Of a DNA stretch of 64,000 nt, positions 53,816 through 62,957 are shown one piece after another; the stretch's first letter is position 1, and every line of letters starts with the position of its first letter. The notes below the pieces were generated by a model. It ran no database searches. It was not told the origin of the DNA and worked only from the letters and a program-made list of their open reading frames with translations. Position numbers and translations under genes: made by a program. The stretch comes from an uncultured Gemmatimonadales bacterium (GTDB taxonomy: Bacteria; Gemmatimonadota; Gemmatimonadetes; Longimicrobiales; Gaopeijiaceae): the NCBI GenBank assembly GCA_963823035.1, contig CAWGKG010000010.1, positions 32,001-96,000 on the forward strand. The letters are read 5' to 3'.

Positions 53816-54961
53816 ACGCCCTGGGCACGCGTGCGGGCGAGATCGAGAGTTGGATCCGCTCCAACCTCTTCGACGAGGTCCCGATGGCGATCAGCGTCAT
53901 CAGCCGGGACTTCCGGGTGCAGCTGGCCAACCGACGCTTCACCGAGGCGTTCGGCGCGTGGGAGGGGCGCCCCTGCTACGAGGTCTACAAGAAGCGCTCG
54001 GAGCCTTGCCTGCGCTGTGCGGCGGCGGAGTGCTTCGTCGACGGCAGGATCCGCAGCCGCGAGGAGGAGGGCGTACACTGCGGCCGCCACATCGACTACC
54101 TCGTCAACATGGTGCCCATGGTCCGCCCGAACGGCGACATCCCGTTCGTGATCGAGATGTGCACGGACATCACGCCGGTGAAGCGCCTCGAGAAGGAGAA
54201 GCGGGACGGGGAGCGCCTCGCGGCGGTCGGGGAGACGGTGGCCGGCGTGGCGCACGGCATCAAGAACATCCTGATGGGGCTCGAGGGGGGGATGTACGCG
54301 GTGAACACGGGCATCCGCACGGCCGACGACACGCGCATCGCGCGCGGGTGGGCGATGCTCGAGGACAACGTGACGCGCATCTCCGCGTTCGTGAAGGAGT
54401 TCCTCGACTTCGCGAAGGGACGCGCCACCGTCACCGCGCCGGTCGATCCGAACGCGCCCGCGCGCCGCGTCATCGAGCTGTTCACGGAGAGCGCCGCGCA
54501 GGCGGGCATCGAGCTGAAGGCCGACCTGACGCCCGATCTGGCACCGGCCTCCCTGGACGAGGACGGCATCCACACCTGCCTGGCCAACCTGGTGTCGAAC
54601 GCCATCGACGCATGTCTCGTCGCCGAGTCCGACCGGAGCTTCGTGGTCGTCCTCGGCACGCGGGAGGTCGACGGCACGCTGATCTACGAGGTCACGGACA
54701 ACGGCCGCGGGATGGATTACGACATCAGCCGCAAGATCTTCTCGAAGTTCTTCACCACGAAGGGCTCGGATCGGGGCACGGGGCTCGGCCTGCTCACCAC
54801 GAAGCGGATCGTCCACCAGCACGGCGGGCGCATCACCTTCGACTCGAACGGAGGGTGAGGGGTCGGTCTTCCGCATCGAGCTGCCGCGCGGCACGCTCCC
54901 CAAGTTGGGCGGTGTCGCCGACGGCGCCGACGCCACGCCGGAGCCCGGGAGGTCGATCTGA
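53812..54961 (+). CDS. Soluble PAS histidine kinase (frameshift near 54848)
   Basis: Cys-rich PAS, AHGIKN, NLVSNAIDA, DNGRGM, GTGLGL; tail GEGSVFRIELP in the shifted frame. Confidence 0.9.
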
Positions 54962-55515
54962 TGGTGCGCGCAAAGGACATGACCGTTCTCGTAGTCGACG
55001 ACGAGCCCGACGTCCGCGACTACCTGTCGCAGATCCTCACGGACGCCGGCTTCGGGGTACGCACGGCCGCGGACGGCAGCGAGGCGCTCGACATGATCCG
55101 AGCGGACCCGCCGGACTTCATCTCGCTCGACCTGGTGATGCCGAAGAAGAGCGGACACAAGCTACTCTACGAGCTGCGCAAGGACCGGGAGCTGTCCCGC
55201 ATCCCCGTGCTCATCGTCACGGCGCATGCTCGCGACGAGCTGGGGAAGGGCGACCTGGAGGACATCGTCGACAGCCGGGTCATCTCCGGCCCGGGCGTCT
55301 ATCTGGAGAAGCCGGTGAAGCCGGTCGACTATGTGCGCTGCGTCCAGAGGGCGCTCGGCATCGACGAGTCGCCCGACGACGAGAACCGCGTCGGTCTCCA
55401 GGAGGAGGTGCGGCGCCGGCTCGCCGGGGCGGAGCCGCACGCGTTGAGGCGCGCGCTCGAGGCGTTGCAGCGCACCGCCGGGGCGACGCGGGGTGGGCCC
55501 CAGGACCCGACATGA
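54961..55515 (+). CDS. Receiver protein with a short C-terminal extension
   Basis: VLVVDDE, DLVMP, VTA, EKP. Confidence 0.9.
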   Translation: MVRAKDMTVLVVDDEPDVRDYLSQILTDAGFGVRTAADGSEALDMIRADPPDFISLDLVMPKKSGHKLLYELRKDRELSRIPVLIVTAHARDELGKGDLEDIVDSRVISGPGVYLEKPVKPVDYVRCVQRALGIDESPDDENRVGLQEEVRRRLAGAEPHALRRALEALQRTAGATRGGPQDPT

Positions 55516-55538
55516 TCGCGATCGCGAAGGAGGATACC

Positions 55539-55965
55539 ATGGCATCGTCAACACACGCCGAGCCCCATGCGGCCAAGCGGGTCCTCGTCGTGGACGACGA
55601 GCCCGATGTCGTCGCCTATCTGGAGATGCTGCTGCGCGACGGCGGCTACGAGACGCTCACCGCCGCGGACGGCACGGAGGCGCTCGCCAGGATCCGCGCC
55701 GAGAGGCCAGACCTGGTCACGCTGGACATCTCGATGCCGAAGGCGTCGGGGACGCGCCTCTACAAGGAGGTGAAGACCGACCCGTCGCTCGCGGACATCC
55801 CGGTGCTCATCATCACCGGGGTGACGGGTTACGGCGGCGACACCTACGCCTACGAGAAGTTCATCGGCAACCGCACGCTGGTGCCGGCGCCCGAGGGCTT
55901 CTTCCCGAAGCCCATCGATCGGGAGGCGTTCCTCGAGGTCGGTGGCGAAGCTGCTGGCTTCGTGA
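55539..55965 (+). CDS. Stand-alone receiver protein (end at 55965 assumes a frameshift; otherwise 56048)
   Basis: VLVVDDE, DISMP, ITG, PKP. Confidence 0.85.
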
Positions 55966-55985
55966 GGTCGGCGCGGCGGGCGCTG

Positions 55986-56414
55986 CTAGCGCTCCACCGC
56001 GATGGTCATCTGGAAGCCGTCGGGATCGACGAGCGAGAAGGCGCGTGAGCCCCAGGGCATGTCGGCGGGCTCGGACGCCAGCGTACCCCCGCGCTCCTTG
56101 ATCCCGGCGGCCAGCTCGTCCACGTCCTGGGACGTGTTCAAGTGGAAGCGCATCCCCGCGCCCTTCAGGCGGTCCCGCCCTTTGGCCCCGTCGTCCTGGT
56201 TGAGGATCAGGCGCACCGCGCCCGCGACGATCGAGTAGCCGCGCACCGCGCCCTCGTGCTCGTAACTGTCCAGGAGGGTGAAGCCGACGACGTCGCAGTA
56301 CCAGGCCCGGCTGGTCTCCAGGTCGGCTACGGTCAGGCCGGCGGACATGCCGCGCAGGCGGAGGGATTCGGAATGCCTGCGGTCGGGCTGGGTCGGGATC
56401 TCGCTGTCGCTCAC
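55986..56414 (-). CDS. VOC/glyoxalase-family protein
   Basis: DLETSRAWYCDVVGF, MPWGSRAFSLVDPDG. Confidence 0.9.
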   Translation of the reverse strand: MSDSEIPTQPDRRHSESLRLRGMSAGLTVADLETSRAWYCDVVGFTLLDSYEHEGAVRGYSIVAGAVRLILNQDDGAKGRDRLKGAGMRFHLNTSQDVDELAAGIKERGGTLASEPADMPWGSRAFSLVDPDGFQMTIAVER

Positions 56415-56502
56415 GGGGGGCTCCTTCCGGGTGTTCCCGGGGAAGAGTGAGCCTGGATAGTTTCGCTTCCGTGGCCGGGGAGCAAGGGCCCTGGCGGCTG
56501 CC

Positions 56503-57729
56503 TCACCGGACCACCGAGCGGAGCAGGCCCTTCCACGAGAAGACGTCCGCCGGGTCCACCGTCTCCGCGACCACGCCGCGCGCCGCCTCCTGCAGCCAGC
56601 GTCCCTGACGCATGCGCCACGACAGGAGGTCGTTCAGCCAGGGGCGCGCCAGCCAGCGCTGCGCCACCTCGTAGCCCCGGTATCGCGGGCGCAGCTCGCG
56701 CTCGACGCGGTCTGCGAAGGTGTCCAGCGCCCCGGCGTCACCGTCGAGGAAGACGTCTACGTGCCGTGCCGCCAACTCACCGGTCTCCATGGCTTTGCCG
56801 ATCCCCTCGCCGGTGAACGGATACGTGGTGCCGATCTGCTCTCCCACGGCCACCGTGTTCCCCGGCCCGCGGGCGCGGGCGCCGCTGAGGCCGCAGCGCA
56901 GGCGGGCGCCGCGGATCGGGCTCGTCCACTCGGCGGACTCGGAGAGGGCGCGCGCTTCGGGCACCTCGCGACAGAAGGTGTCGAAGAGCGCGCGCAGATC
57001 GTGCCGCGCGGGGTCGTCCGGATCGTGCAGCGTGCCCACGCCGACGTTGTAGACGTGGTCCGGAAGCGGGAAGATCCAGGCGTAGCCGGGCACGATCTCC
57101 CGGTCGAAGGAGATCAGCATCGATTCGACCGGCGCGGTCGAGCGCATGTAGGCCCGCACCGCCACGGCCGTGGGGGCGGCTCGCTCCACCATCCCGAGTC
57201 CGTCGATGAGCGACACGTCCGCGCCCGCGGCGAGCACCGCCGTCCGCCCGTGGAAGGGGCGGGCGCGCCCGCGTACGTCGACCTCCACCGTGCCGTCGGC
57301 GAGCGGGCGGACGCGCTCGACGCGACCGTGGGCCACCACGGCTCCCCGCCCGGACGCGCCCTCCGCGAGGAGGGCATCCAGGCGCTCGCGCTGGAGACAG
57401 AGGTACTCGCCGGGGATCGACCACTCGATGCGCGACGGGCTCGAGATCACCGCCTCCTCGACCGGGCGGGCCACCGCGGCGACCGCCTCGTAGAGGCCCG
57501 CGCGCCGCAGGGCCGCCAGCGCGTCGGGGATGAGGAGATCGCCGCAGGCCTTGTCACGCGGGTAGACGTGGCGCTCGACAAGGAGAACGCGACGCCCCGC
57601 CTCGGCGAGATGCAGGGCGGCCATGGAGCCGGACGGACCGCCGCCCACCACCACCGCGTCCCAGTCGTCCTCGGGAAGCCCGGTCGCGGGCAGCTGCCAG
57701 GGGAGGAGGTCGGTGCCCTCTCCGCTCAC
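56503..57729 (-). CDS. Geranylgeranyl-reductase-family FAD oxidoreductase
   Basis: VVGGGPSGS, RDKACGD, GYAWIFP, PFTGEGI. Confidence 0.9.
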   Translation of the reverse strand: MSGEGTDLLPWQLPATGLPEDDWDAVVVGGGPSGSMAALHLAEAGRRVLLVERHVYPRDKACGDLLIPDALAALRRAGLYEAVAAVARPVEEAVISSPSRIEWSIPGEYLCLQRERLDALLAEGASGRGAVVAHGRVERVRPLADGTVEVDVRGRARPFHGRTAVLAAGADVSLIDGLGMVERAAPTAVAVRAYMRSTAPVESMLISFDREIVPGYAWIFPLPDHVYNVGVGTLHDPDDPARHDLRALFDTFCREVPEARALSESAEWTSPIRGARLRCGLSGARARGPGNTVAVGEQIGTTYPFTGEGIGKAMETGELAARHVDVFLDGDAGALDTFADRVERELRPRYRGYEVAQRWLARPWLNDLLSWRMRQGRWLQEAARGVVAETVDPADVFSWKGLLRSVVR

Positions 57730-59579
57730 GACGCCCTCCGCCGCACGACCGGGACCTTCACGTGCGACGGTCGGGAGGGGTCGCGGTACACGCGGATGCG
57801 GGCGGGCTGGAAGTCGGCGTCGCGCGCCTGGAAGATGTTCGGCACGAACTTCTGCGGGTTGCGATCGATGATCGGGAACCAGCTGCTCTGCACCTGGATC
57901 ATGATCCGGTGCCCGGCACGGAAGGTGTAGTCCTGCGTGTGCAGGGAGAAGGTGTAGCCGAGCACCGAATCGGGCACGATGGCCTTCGGCCGCTCGAAGC
58001 CCTCACGGTAGCGGCCCCGGAACACCTCGTTGGAGACCATGAGCTGATAGCCCGCGAGCGCCCAGTCGTCCGGGTAGCTCTCCGGGTAGACGTCGATCAG
58101 CTTCACGATCCAGTCCACGTCCGATCCGCTCGTGGCGGCGAAGAGGTCGGCCACCACCTCGCCGGCGATCGTCACGTCGTCCGTGAGGACGTCGCTCTCC
58201 CACGACAGCACGTCGGCGCGGTCGTCCACGAAGCGCTGGTCCTCGACCAGCCAGGTCCGCCACTTCGACCCGGGTCCGTACGTCGCCTGAACGGGCCGGT
58301 GACGGTAGGGCACGGGGTGCGCGGGATCGGAGACGTAGGCGTCGAACGGCTCCGGCTCCGAGGCGTCCGGCGGTTCGAAGGAGAGGCGCCCGTCCGCGCG
58401 GAAGTAGAGCTCCGTCTCCACGGTCTCGCCCTTGGGCGGCCAGGCGTCCCACCGCTTCCACGTGTTCGAGCCGGCCTCGAAGGTGAGCGCCTCGGGAAGG
58501 TCGAGCGTACCCTCGTCCTTGAGCCAGTATGCGAACCAGGGCGCCTGCACCTTCTCCAGGAAGTAGTCCGACGTGGCGCTGCCGAAGGGGATGGCACCGA
58601 GCGCGTCCCCCGGGCGCCGCGCCCAACCGCCGTGGTTCCACGGACCCACCACCAGGTAGTTCATGCCCTCCGTGTCGTACTTCTCGAGGGCCTCGTAGAT
58701 GCGTAGCGGGCCGTAGAAGTCCTCCTGGTCCCACCACCCGCCCACGTTGAGCGTGGGCACCTGCACGGCACGGATGTGCGGGATCATCGTCTGGCGCTGC
58801 CAGAAGGCGTCGTAGTCCGGATGCGCGACGTAGTCGTTCCACGTCGGGATCTTCCCGTTCAGCACGCCCTCGTTCACGTGCGCGAGCGAGCCGAGCGAGA
58901 GGTACCAGTCGTACGTGTCGTAGCGGTCGAAGGCGAACTGCTCGGTCTCCTTGGACGTCTCCATCATCGCGGCGTACTCGAAGCCGTAGCTCAGGCGGAA
59001 CGCGCCGTTGTGGTGGAAGTCGTCGCCCAGCCACATATCGGCCGGAGATGCCTGCGGGGAGATCGCCTTCAGCGCCGGGTGCGGCTCGAGCGAGCCCATC
59101 ACGGTCGTCCATCCGTCGTAGGAGATGCCCAGCATCCCCACGCGCCCGTTGTTGTCGGGGACGTTCGCGAGGAGCCACTCGATCGTGTCGTACGTGTCCG
59201 TCCCTTCGTCGATCGACCGGGTATCGCCGGGCGCGCGCGCGGGCCGCTGCATCACGAAGAGCCCCTCCGAGTCGAAGCGGCCACGGATGTCCTGGAAGAC
59301 GAAGATGTAGCCGTCGGCGGCCAGGTCCTTCAGGTAGCTCGTGAAGTTGCCCGCCGATCCCGCGACGCCGTAGGGCGTGCGCTTGAGGATGAAGGGGAGC
59401 GGCCCGTCCTGGTCACGCGGGACGAAGATCTTGGTGTTGAGGCGCACGCCGTCGCGCATGGGGATCATCACGTCGCGCACCTCGAATCCGGCGCCCGGGT
59501 CCTGCTGCGCGCGGAGCGCCCCCGGCGCGAGGAGGAGGAGGGCCAGGGCGGCGGTGGGGACGCGTGGGAAGGTCTTCAT
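57726..59579 (-). CDS. Secreted CocE/NonD-family hydrolase (alpha-amino acid ester hydrolase-like)
   Basis: Signal peptide, MRDGVRL, RTPY, GISYDG, WDQED, GPWNHG. Confidence 0.93.
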   Translation of the reverse strand: MKTFPRVPTAALALLLLAPGALRAQQDPGAGFEVRDVMIPMRDGVRLNTKIFVPRDQDGPLPFILKRTPYGVAGSAGNFTSYLKDLAADGYIFVFQDIRGRFDSEGLFVMQRPARAPGDTRSIDEGTDTYDTIEWLLANVPDNNGRVGMLGISYDGWTTVMGSLEPHPALKAISPQASPADMWLGDDFHHNGAFRLSYGFEYAAMMETSKETEQFAFDRYDTYDWYLSLGSLAHVNEGVLNGKIPTWNDYVAHPDYDAFWQRQTMIPHIRAVQVPTLNVGGWWDQEDFYGPLRIYEALEKYDTEGMNYLVVGPWNHGGWARRPGDALGAIPFGSATSDYFLEKVQAPWFAYWLKDEGTLDLPEALTFEAGSNTWKRWDAWPPKGETVETELYFRADGRLSFEPPDASEPEPFDAYVSDPAHPVPYRHRPVQATYGPGSKWRTWLVEDQRFVDDRADVLSWESDVLTDDVTIAGEVVADLFAATSGSDVDWIVKLIDVYPESYPDDWALAGYQLMVSNEVFRGRYREGFERPKAIVPDSVLGYTFSLHTQDYTFRAGHRIMIQVQSSWFPIIDRNPQKFVPNIFQARDADFQPARIRVYRDPSRPSHVKVPVVRRRAS

Positions 59580-59624
59580 GGCGGTCCTTGTCGTGTCGCG
59601 GCGATCAGTGGCGGTCACTCCCAC

Positions 59625-60710
59625 TCAGAAGTGACCCGCGTCCACGTCCTTCAGGAAGCGGATCAGCCCCTCCAGGTACGCCGGTTGGTCGTCGTACATG
59701 GCCATGTGACCTCCGTTCGGGAGGTCCAGGAAGCGCCCGCGTGGGAACTGCCCGGCCATCCAGCGCATGTAGTTCGGGTCCATCGTGTCGTGCTCGGCGC
59801 CGATGACCAGCGTGGGCACGCCGATGCGCGGCAGGTCCGCCGAGCGGTCCCAATCCACCAGCTTGCCGCTGGCGCCCAGCTCGCTCGGTCCCTGCATCGG
59901 CACGTAGATCGACGGGTTGATGTGGGCGAAGGCGCGGTTCACGGGGTCGGGCCACTCCGCCGCGGGCATGCGCAGGATGTGCTGCTCGTAGTGGTTCGGC
60001 ACGAGCAACTCCATGTAGCGCGGGTTCTCCGTGTCGCCGGAGGCCTCCATCGCTTCGATCTCGCCCAGAACTCCCTGGTCCATCATCGGCTTCAGCACGC
60101 TGTCCGCGTAGGCGTTGTAAGCCGGGATGCTCGCCATCATGTTCGAGATCACCAGCCCCTTCAGGTTCTGGCCGTACTTGAGGGCGTACTCCATCGCGAG
60201 GATGCCTCCCCACGAGTGGCCCAGCAGGTAGAAGTTCTCCGGCCCGAGACCGAGCGCCTGGCGTACCTGCTCCACCTCTTCGACGAAACGGGACGTCTCC
60301 CACAGGTCGGGGTCCTCCGGCTGGTCGGAGTAGAAGGAGCCGAGTTGGTCGTAGTAGTAGTACTCGACGCCGGCCGCGGGGAGATAGCTGTCGAAGGCCT
60401 CGAAGTACTCGTGGGTGGCGCCCGGGCCGCCGTGGAGCAGGAGGAGCTTGATCGTCGGGTTGTTGCCGACCCGCTTGGTCCAGACCCGGAACTCGCCCTT
60501 CGGCGTGCTGATCGGGATCAGCTTCACGCCCCCGGAGAGGACGTCGTCCCGCCCGCTGTTGTCGAAGTAGGACGCCGCCGCCGCGCCTGCGTTGGCTTCA
60601 CCTTCGTCGAGCGCGATCCCGCACGCCGCGACCACGCCGGCGAGCAGGAGGGCGGGGAGGACCGCTCGCGCCGCAGCCGGCACGCTACTCTTCCCCCTCG
60701 TCGTTTCCAT
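59625..60710 (-). CDS. Proline iminopeptidase-family alpha/beta hydrolase, probable lipoprotein
   Basis: HGGPG, YDQLG, GHSWGG, lipobox-like VAAC. Start uncertain. Confidence 0.9.
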   Translation of the reverse strand: METTRGKSSVPAAARAVLPALLLAGVVAACGIALDEGEANAGAAAASYFDNSGRDDVLSGGVKLIPISTPKGEFRVWTKRVGNNPTIKLLLLHGGPGATHEYFEAFDSYLPAAGVEYYYYDQLGSFYSDQPEDPDLWETSRFVEEVEQVRQALGLGPENFYLLGHSWGGILAMEYALKYGQNLKGLVISNMMASIPAYNAYADSVLKPMMDQGVLGEIEAMEASGDTENPRYMELLVPNHYEQHILRMPAAEWPDPVNRAFAHINPSIYVPMQGPSELGASGKLVDWDRSADLPRIGVPTLVIGAEHDTMDPNYMRWMAGQFPRGRFLDLPNGGHMAMYDDQPAYLEGLIRFLKDVDAGHF

Positions 60711-62391
60711 CCGTGATCGGGTGGTCCACCTTGACCCGGTGGTCGAGGTCGGCCACATGGATGGCCACGTCCTCCACCAGGCGGGCGATCCTGGCCATGT
60801 GCTCGTAGTCGATGTACTCGGGCTCGTCCGTGACCTGGTGGTAGTCGGAGTGCAGGCCGGTCGTGAAGAAGACGATCGGGATGCCGAAGCGCGCGTACTC
60901 GTAGTGGTCGCTGCGCCCGTAGATGTTCGACGGGTGGTTCTCGGCGTCGAAGGCGTAGTCGAACGTCATGTCGTGCCCGTCGTCGGCGTTCACCCGCTCG
61001 ACCAGCGTGCCCAGCTCGGTGGAGAGGCGCCGGGACCCCACCAGCATCACGTAGTTCGGGCCGCCGTGCAGCGGCGTACCGTCGATCGAACGGCCCGTCT
61101 CGTCGTCCGCGCCCCCGCGACCCACCATGTCCATGTTCAGCTGCGCGACAATCGAGTCGCGCGGCACCGTGGGATGGTCCGTGAACCAGCGCGAACCCAG
61201 GAGCCCCTTCTCCTCGCCCACGTGCCAGACGAAGAGGATCGACCGCCTCGGCCGCGGGTTCATCGCGGCGATCTTCTCCGCGATCTCGAGCACGGTGACG
61301 GAGCCGGAGCCGTCGTCGTCGGCACCGTTGGCGATCGAGTCCATGAGCACGGGCCCCGGGTGCGCGGCGCGGTACGCGGCGAGGAGACGGTTCACCTCCG
61401 CCTCCTGTTCGGGCGTGGCCTGGTTGCCGCCGTCGTCCGCCCCCTCCGGGCGCACCACATGGTTCCAGATGCGGAGGGAGTCGTGGGCCACCGCGTTGTC
61501 CCGAACACCGATATGGTCGTTGTGGGCGCCGATGGCGACGAACTCACCGCGCAACGCGGGGTCGCTGCCGCGGACGATCCCGACCACGTTGCGCGAGGGA
61601 TGGGGAAGGTCCTGCACGTCGTAGCGCAGGTCGATGTCCACGCTGGCACCCGTCGCGCCCGGCTGCAGTTCGGCCAGGGGCGTCGGGAACATCTTCGCGG
61701 CCACTCCCTCGGAGACGATCACGATCGGGGTGTCTCCGCCGCTCGCGCCCTCGGCCGCCGGATCGTCCACGAAGCCCTGCGGCCTGAGGAAGTAGCTGCG
61801 GAAGGCCGGCGGCACCTGCTCGAGACCCACGACGGCCACGGCCGCGGCGCCGGGGAAGGTGAGGCGACGCGCCCGACGCGTCAGGTTCCCCTGGCCCGCG
61901 GCGAGCACCACGAGCTTGCCGCGCGCCTGATCCGGCGTGAGGCCCGGCTCGGCGTCCGCGGCGCTCCCGCCGTACACGGCCGTCACGCCCGTCACCTTCG
62001 CCGGAGCACGGCCCGCCGGGAGGAAGTCGTCACCGAGCCGGAGGCGTTTCCCCTGGACCGCGATCAGGGAGAGCGTGTCCAGGGTGCGCGTCTTGTACGG
62101 GACCGTCTGGAAGTACGTGCCGTCTTCGCCGGCCGGCTCGAGCCCGATGCGCTCGAGCTCGGCGGCGATGTAGTCCGTCCCCTTCACGTTGCCCAGCGTG
62201 CCGGCTTCCCGCCCCATCATCGAGTCGTCCGCGAGGATGTACAGGCGGGTCATGAGGTCGGCGGCGGTGATGTCCGACGCGGTGGGCTCGGGCGCGTGGG
62301 TGCGGGGGAGCGCGCTCTGCGCGACGAGTGCGGTCGGTGCGAACCCGAGGGAAGCGGTCGCCAGCAGGAGGAGGGGGAGACGCGATGTCAT
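60685..62391 (-). CDS. Secreted M28 metallopeptidase
   Basis: AHNDH, GADDDGSG, GEEKGLLGS, NMDM, SDH, DYH. Confidence 0.93.
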   Translation of the reverse strand: MTSRLPLLLLATASLGFAPTALVAQSALPRTHAPEPTASDITAADLMTRLYILADDSMMGREAGTLGNVKGTDYIAAELERIGLEPAGEDGTYFQTVPYKTRTLDTLSLIAVQGKRLRLGDDFLPAGRAPAKVTGVTAVYGGSAADAEPGLTPDQARGKLVVLAAGQGNLTRRARRLTFPGAAAVAVVGLEQVPPAFRSYFLRPQGFVDDPAAEGASGGDTPIVIVSEGVAAKMFPTPLAELQPGATGASVDIDLRYDVQDLPHPSRNVVGIVRGSDPALRGEFVAIGAHNDHIGVRDNAVAHDSLRIWNHVVRPEGADDGGNQATPEQEAEVNRLLAAYRAAHPGPVLMDSIANGADDDGSGSVTVLEIAEKIAAMNPRPRRSILFVWHVGEEKGLLGSRWFTDHPTVPRDSIVAQLNMDMVGRGGADDETGRSIDGTPLHGGPNYVMLVGSRRLSTELGTLVERVNADDGHDMTFDYAFDAENHPSNIYGRSDHYEYARFGIPIVFFTTGLHSDYHQVTDEPEYIDYEHMARIARLVEDVAIHVADLDHRVKVDHPITDGNDEGEE

Positions 62392-62488
62392 GGGATGCTC
62401 CGGTCGTGAGCGGACGAGGACAGCAGTAGAACCGCCGGGCCGGACGTGTGCAAGCGGGGCGCCGGGCGCCGGGTGCGACGGGGCTCCG

Positions 62489-62833
62489 TCATCCGGACGG
62501 CCCGCGAAGGCGAATGAGGTAGCCCGCCTCGTCGAGGTCGCGATCGAAGTCCTCCACGAAGCGCGCGACGTCCCCCGCGAGAACGCGGCGCACCACACCC
62601 GGAAGCACCGGGCGCCCACGGGAGCCGCGGCCCCGACCGGTGATCACGTGGACGACGCGGCCGCCCGAGATGCGGGCGTGCGTGCGGATGAAGTCGCGCA
62701 CGCGGCGCTCGGCCTCCATCGCGGTGTCGCCGTGAAGGTCGAGCGTGGCGACCGGGGCGGCGTCGAGGAGGGGATCGTGTCCCCCGTAGGCGGGGATCCC
62801 GCCTCGGTTGCGGCTGCGCCGCCTCGGGGTCAC
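62489..62833 (-). CDS. Small Smr-domain protein
   Basis: TLDLHG and VITGRGRGS. Confidence 0.85.
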   Translation of the reverse strand: MTPRRRSRNRGGIPAYGGHDPLLDAAPVATLDLHGDTAMEAERRVRDFIRTHARISGGRVVHVITGRGRGSRGRPVLPGVVRRVLAGDVARFVEDFDRDLDEAGYLIRLRGPSG

Positions 62834-62957
62834 GGGTGTCCCTCCTCGGCGGGAGTGGTTTGGGCGGCTTCGGCTGACAAGGTACAATCCTGTCGCCGGC
62901 CTGTCCCGGGGTGTGCGGCAGGCCGCGAGGTCGGTGGGACGCGAACGGAGGTGGAGG

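Noticed and set aside
53682..56048. 788-aa ORF ending in a receiver domain
   Set aside because: The upstream part is an off-frame shadow. The receiver has its own AGGAGG RBS and ATG at 55539.
62489..62833. Smr nuclease as part of a defence system
   Set aside because: A stand-alone small Smr protein among peptidase genes, with no defence-associated neighbours.
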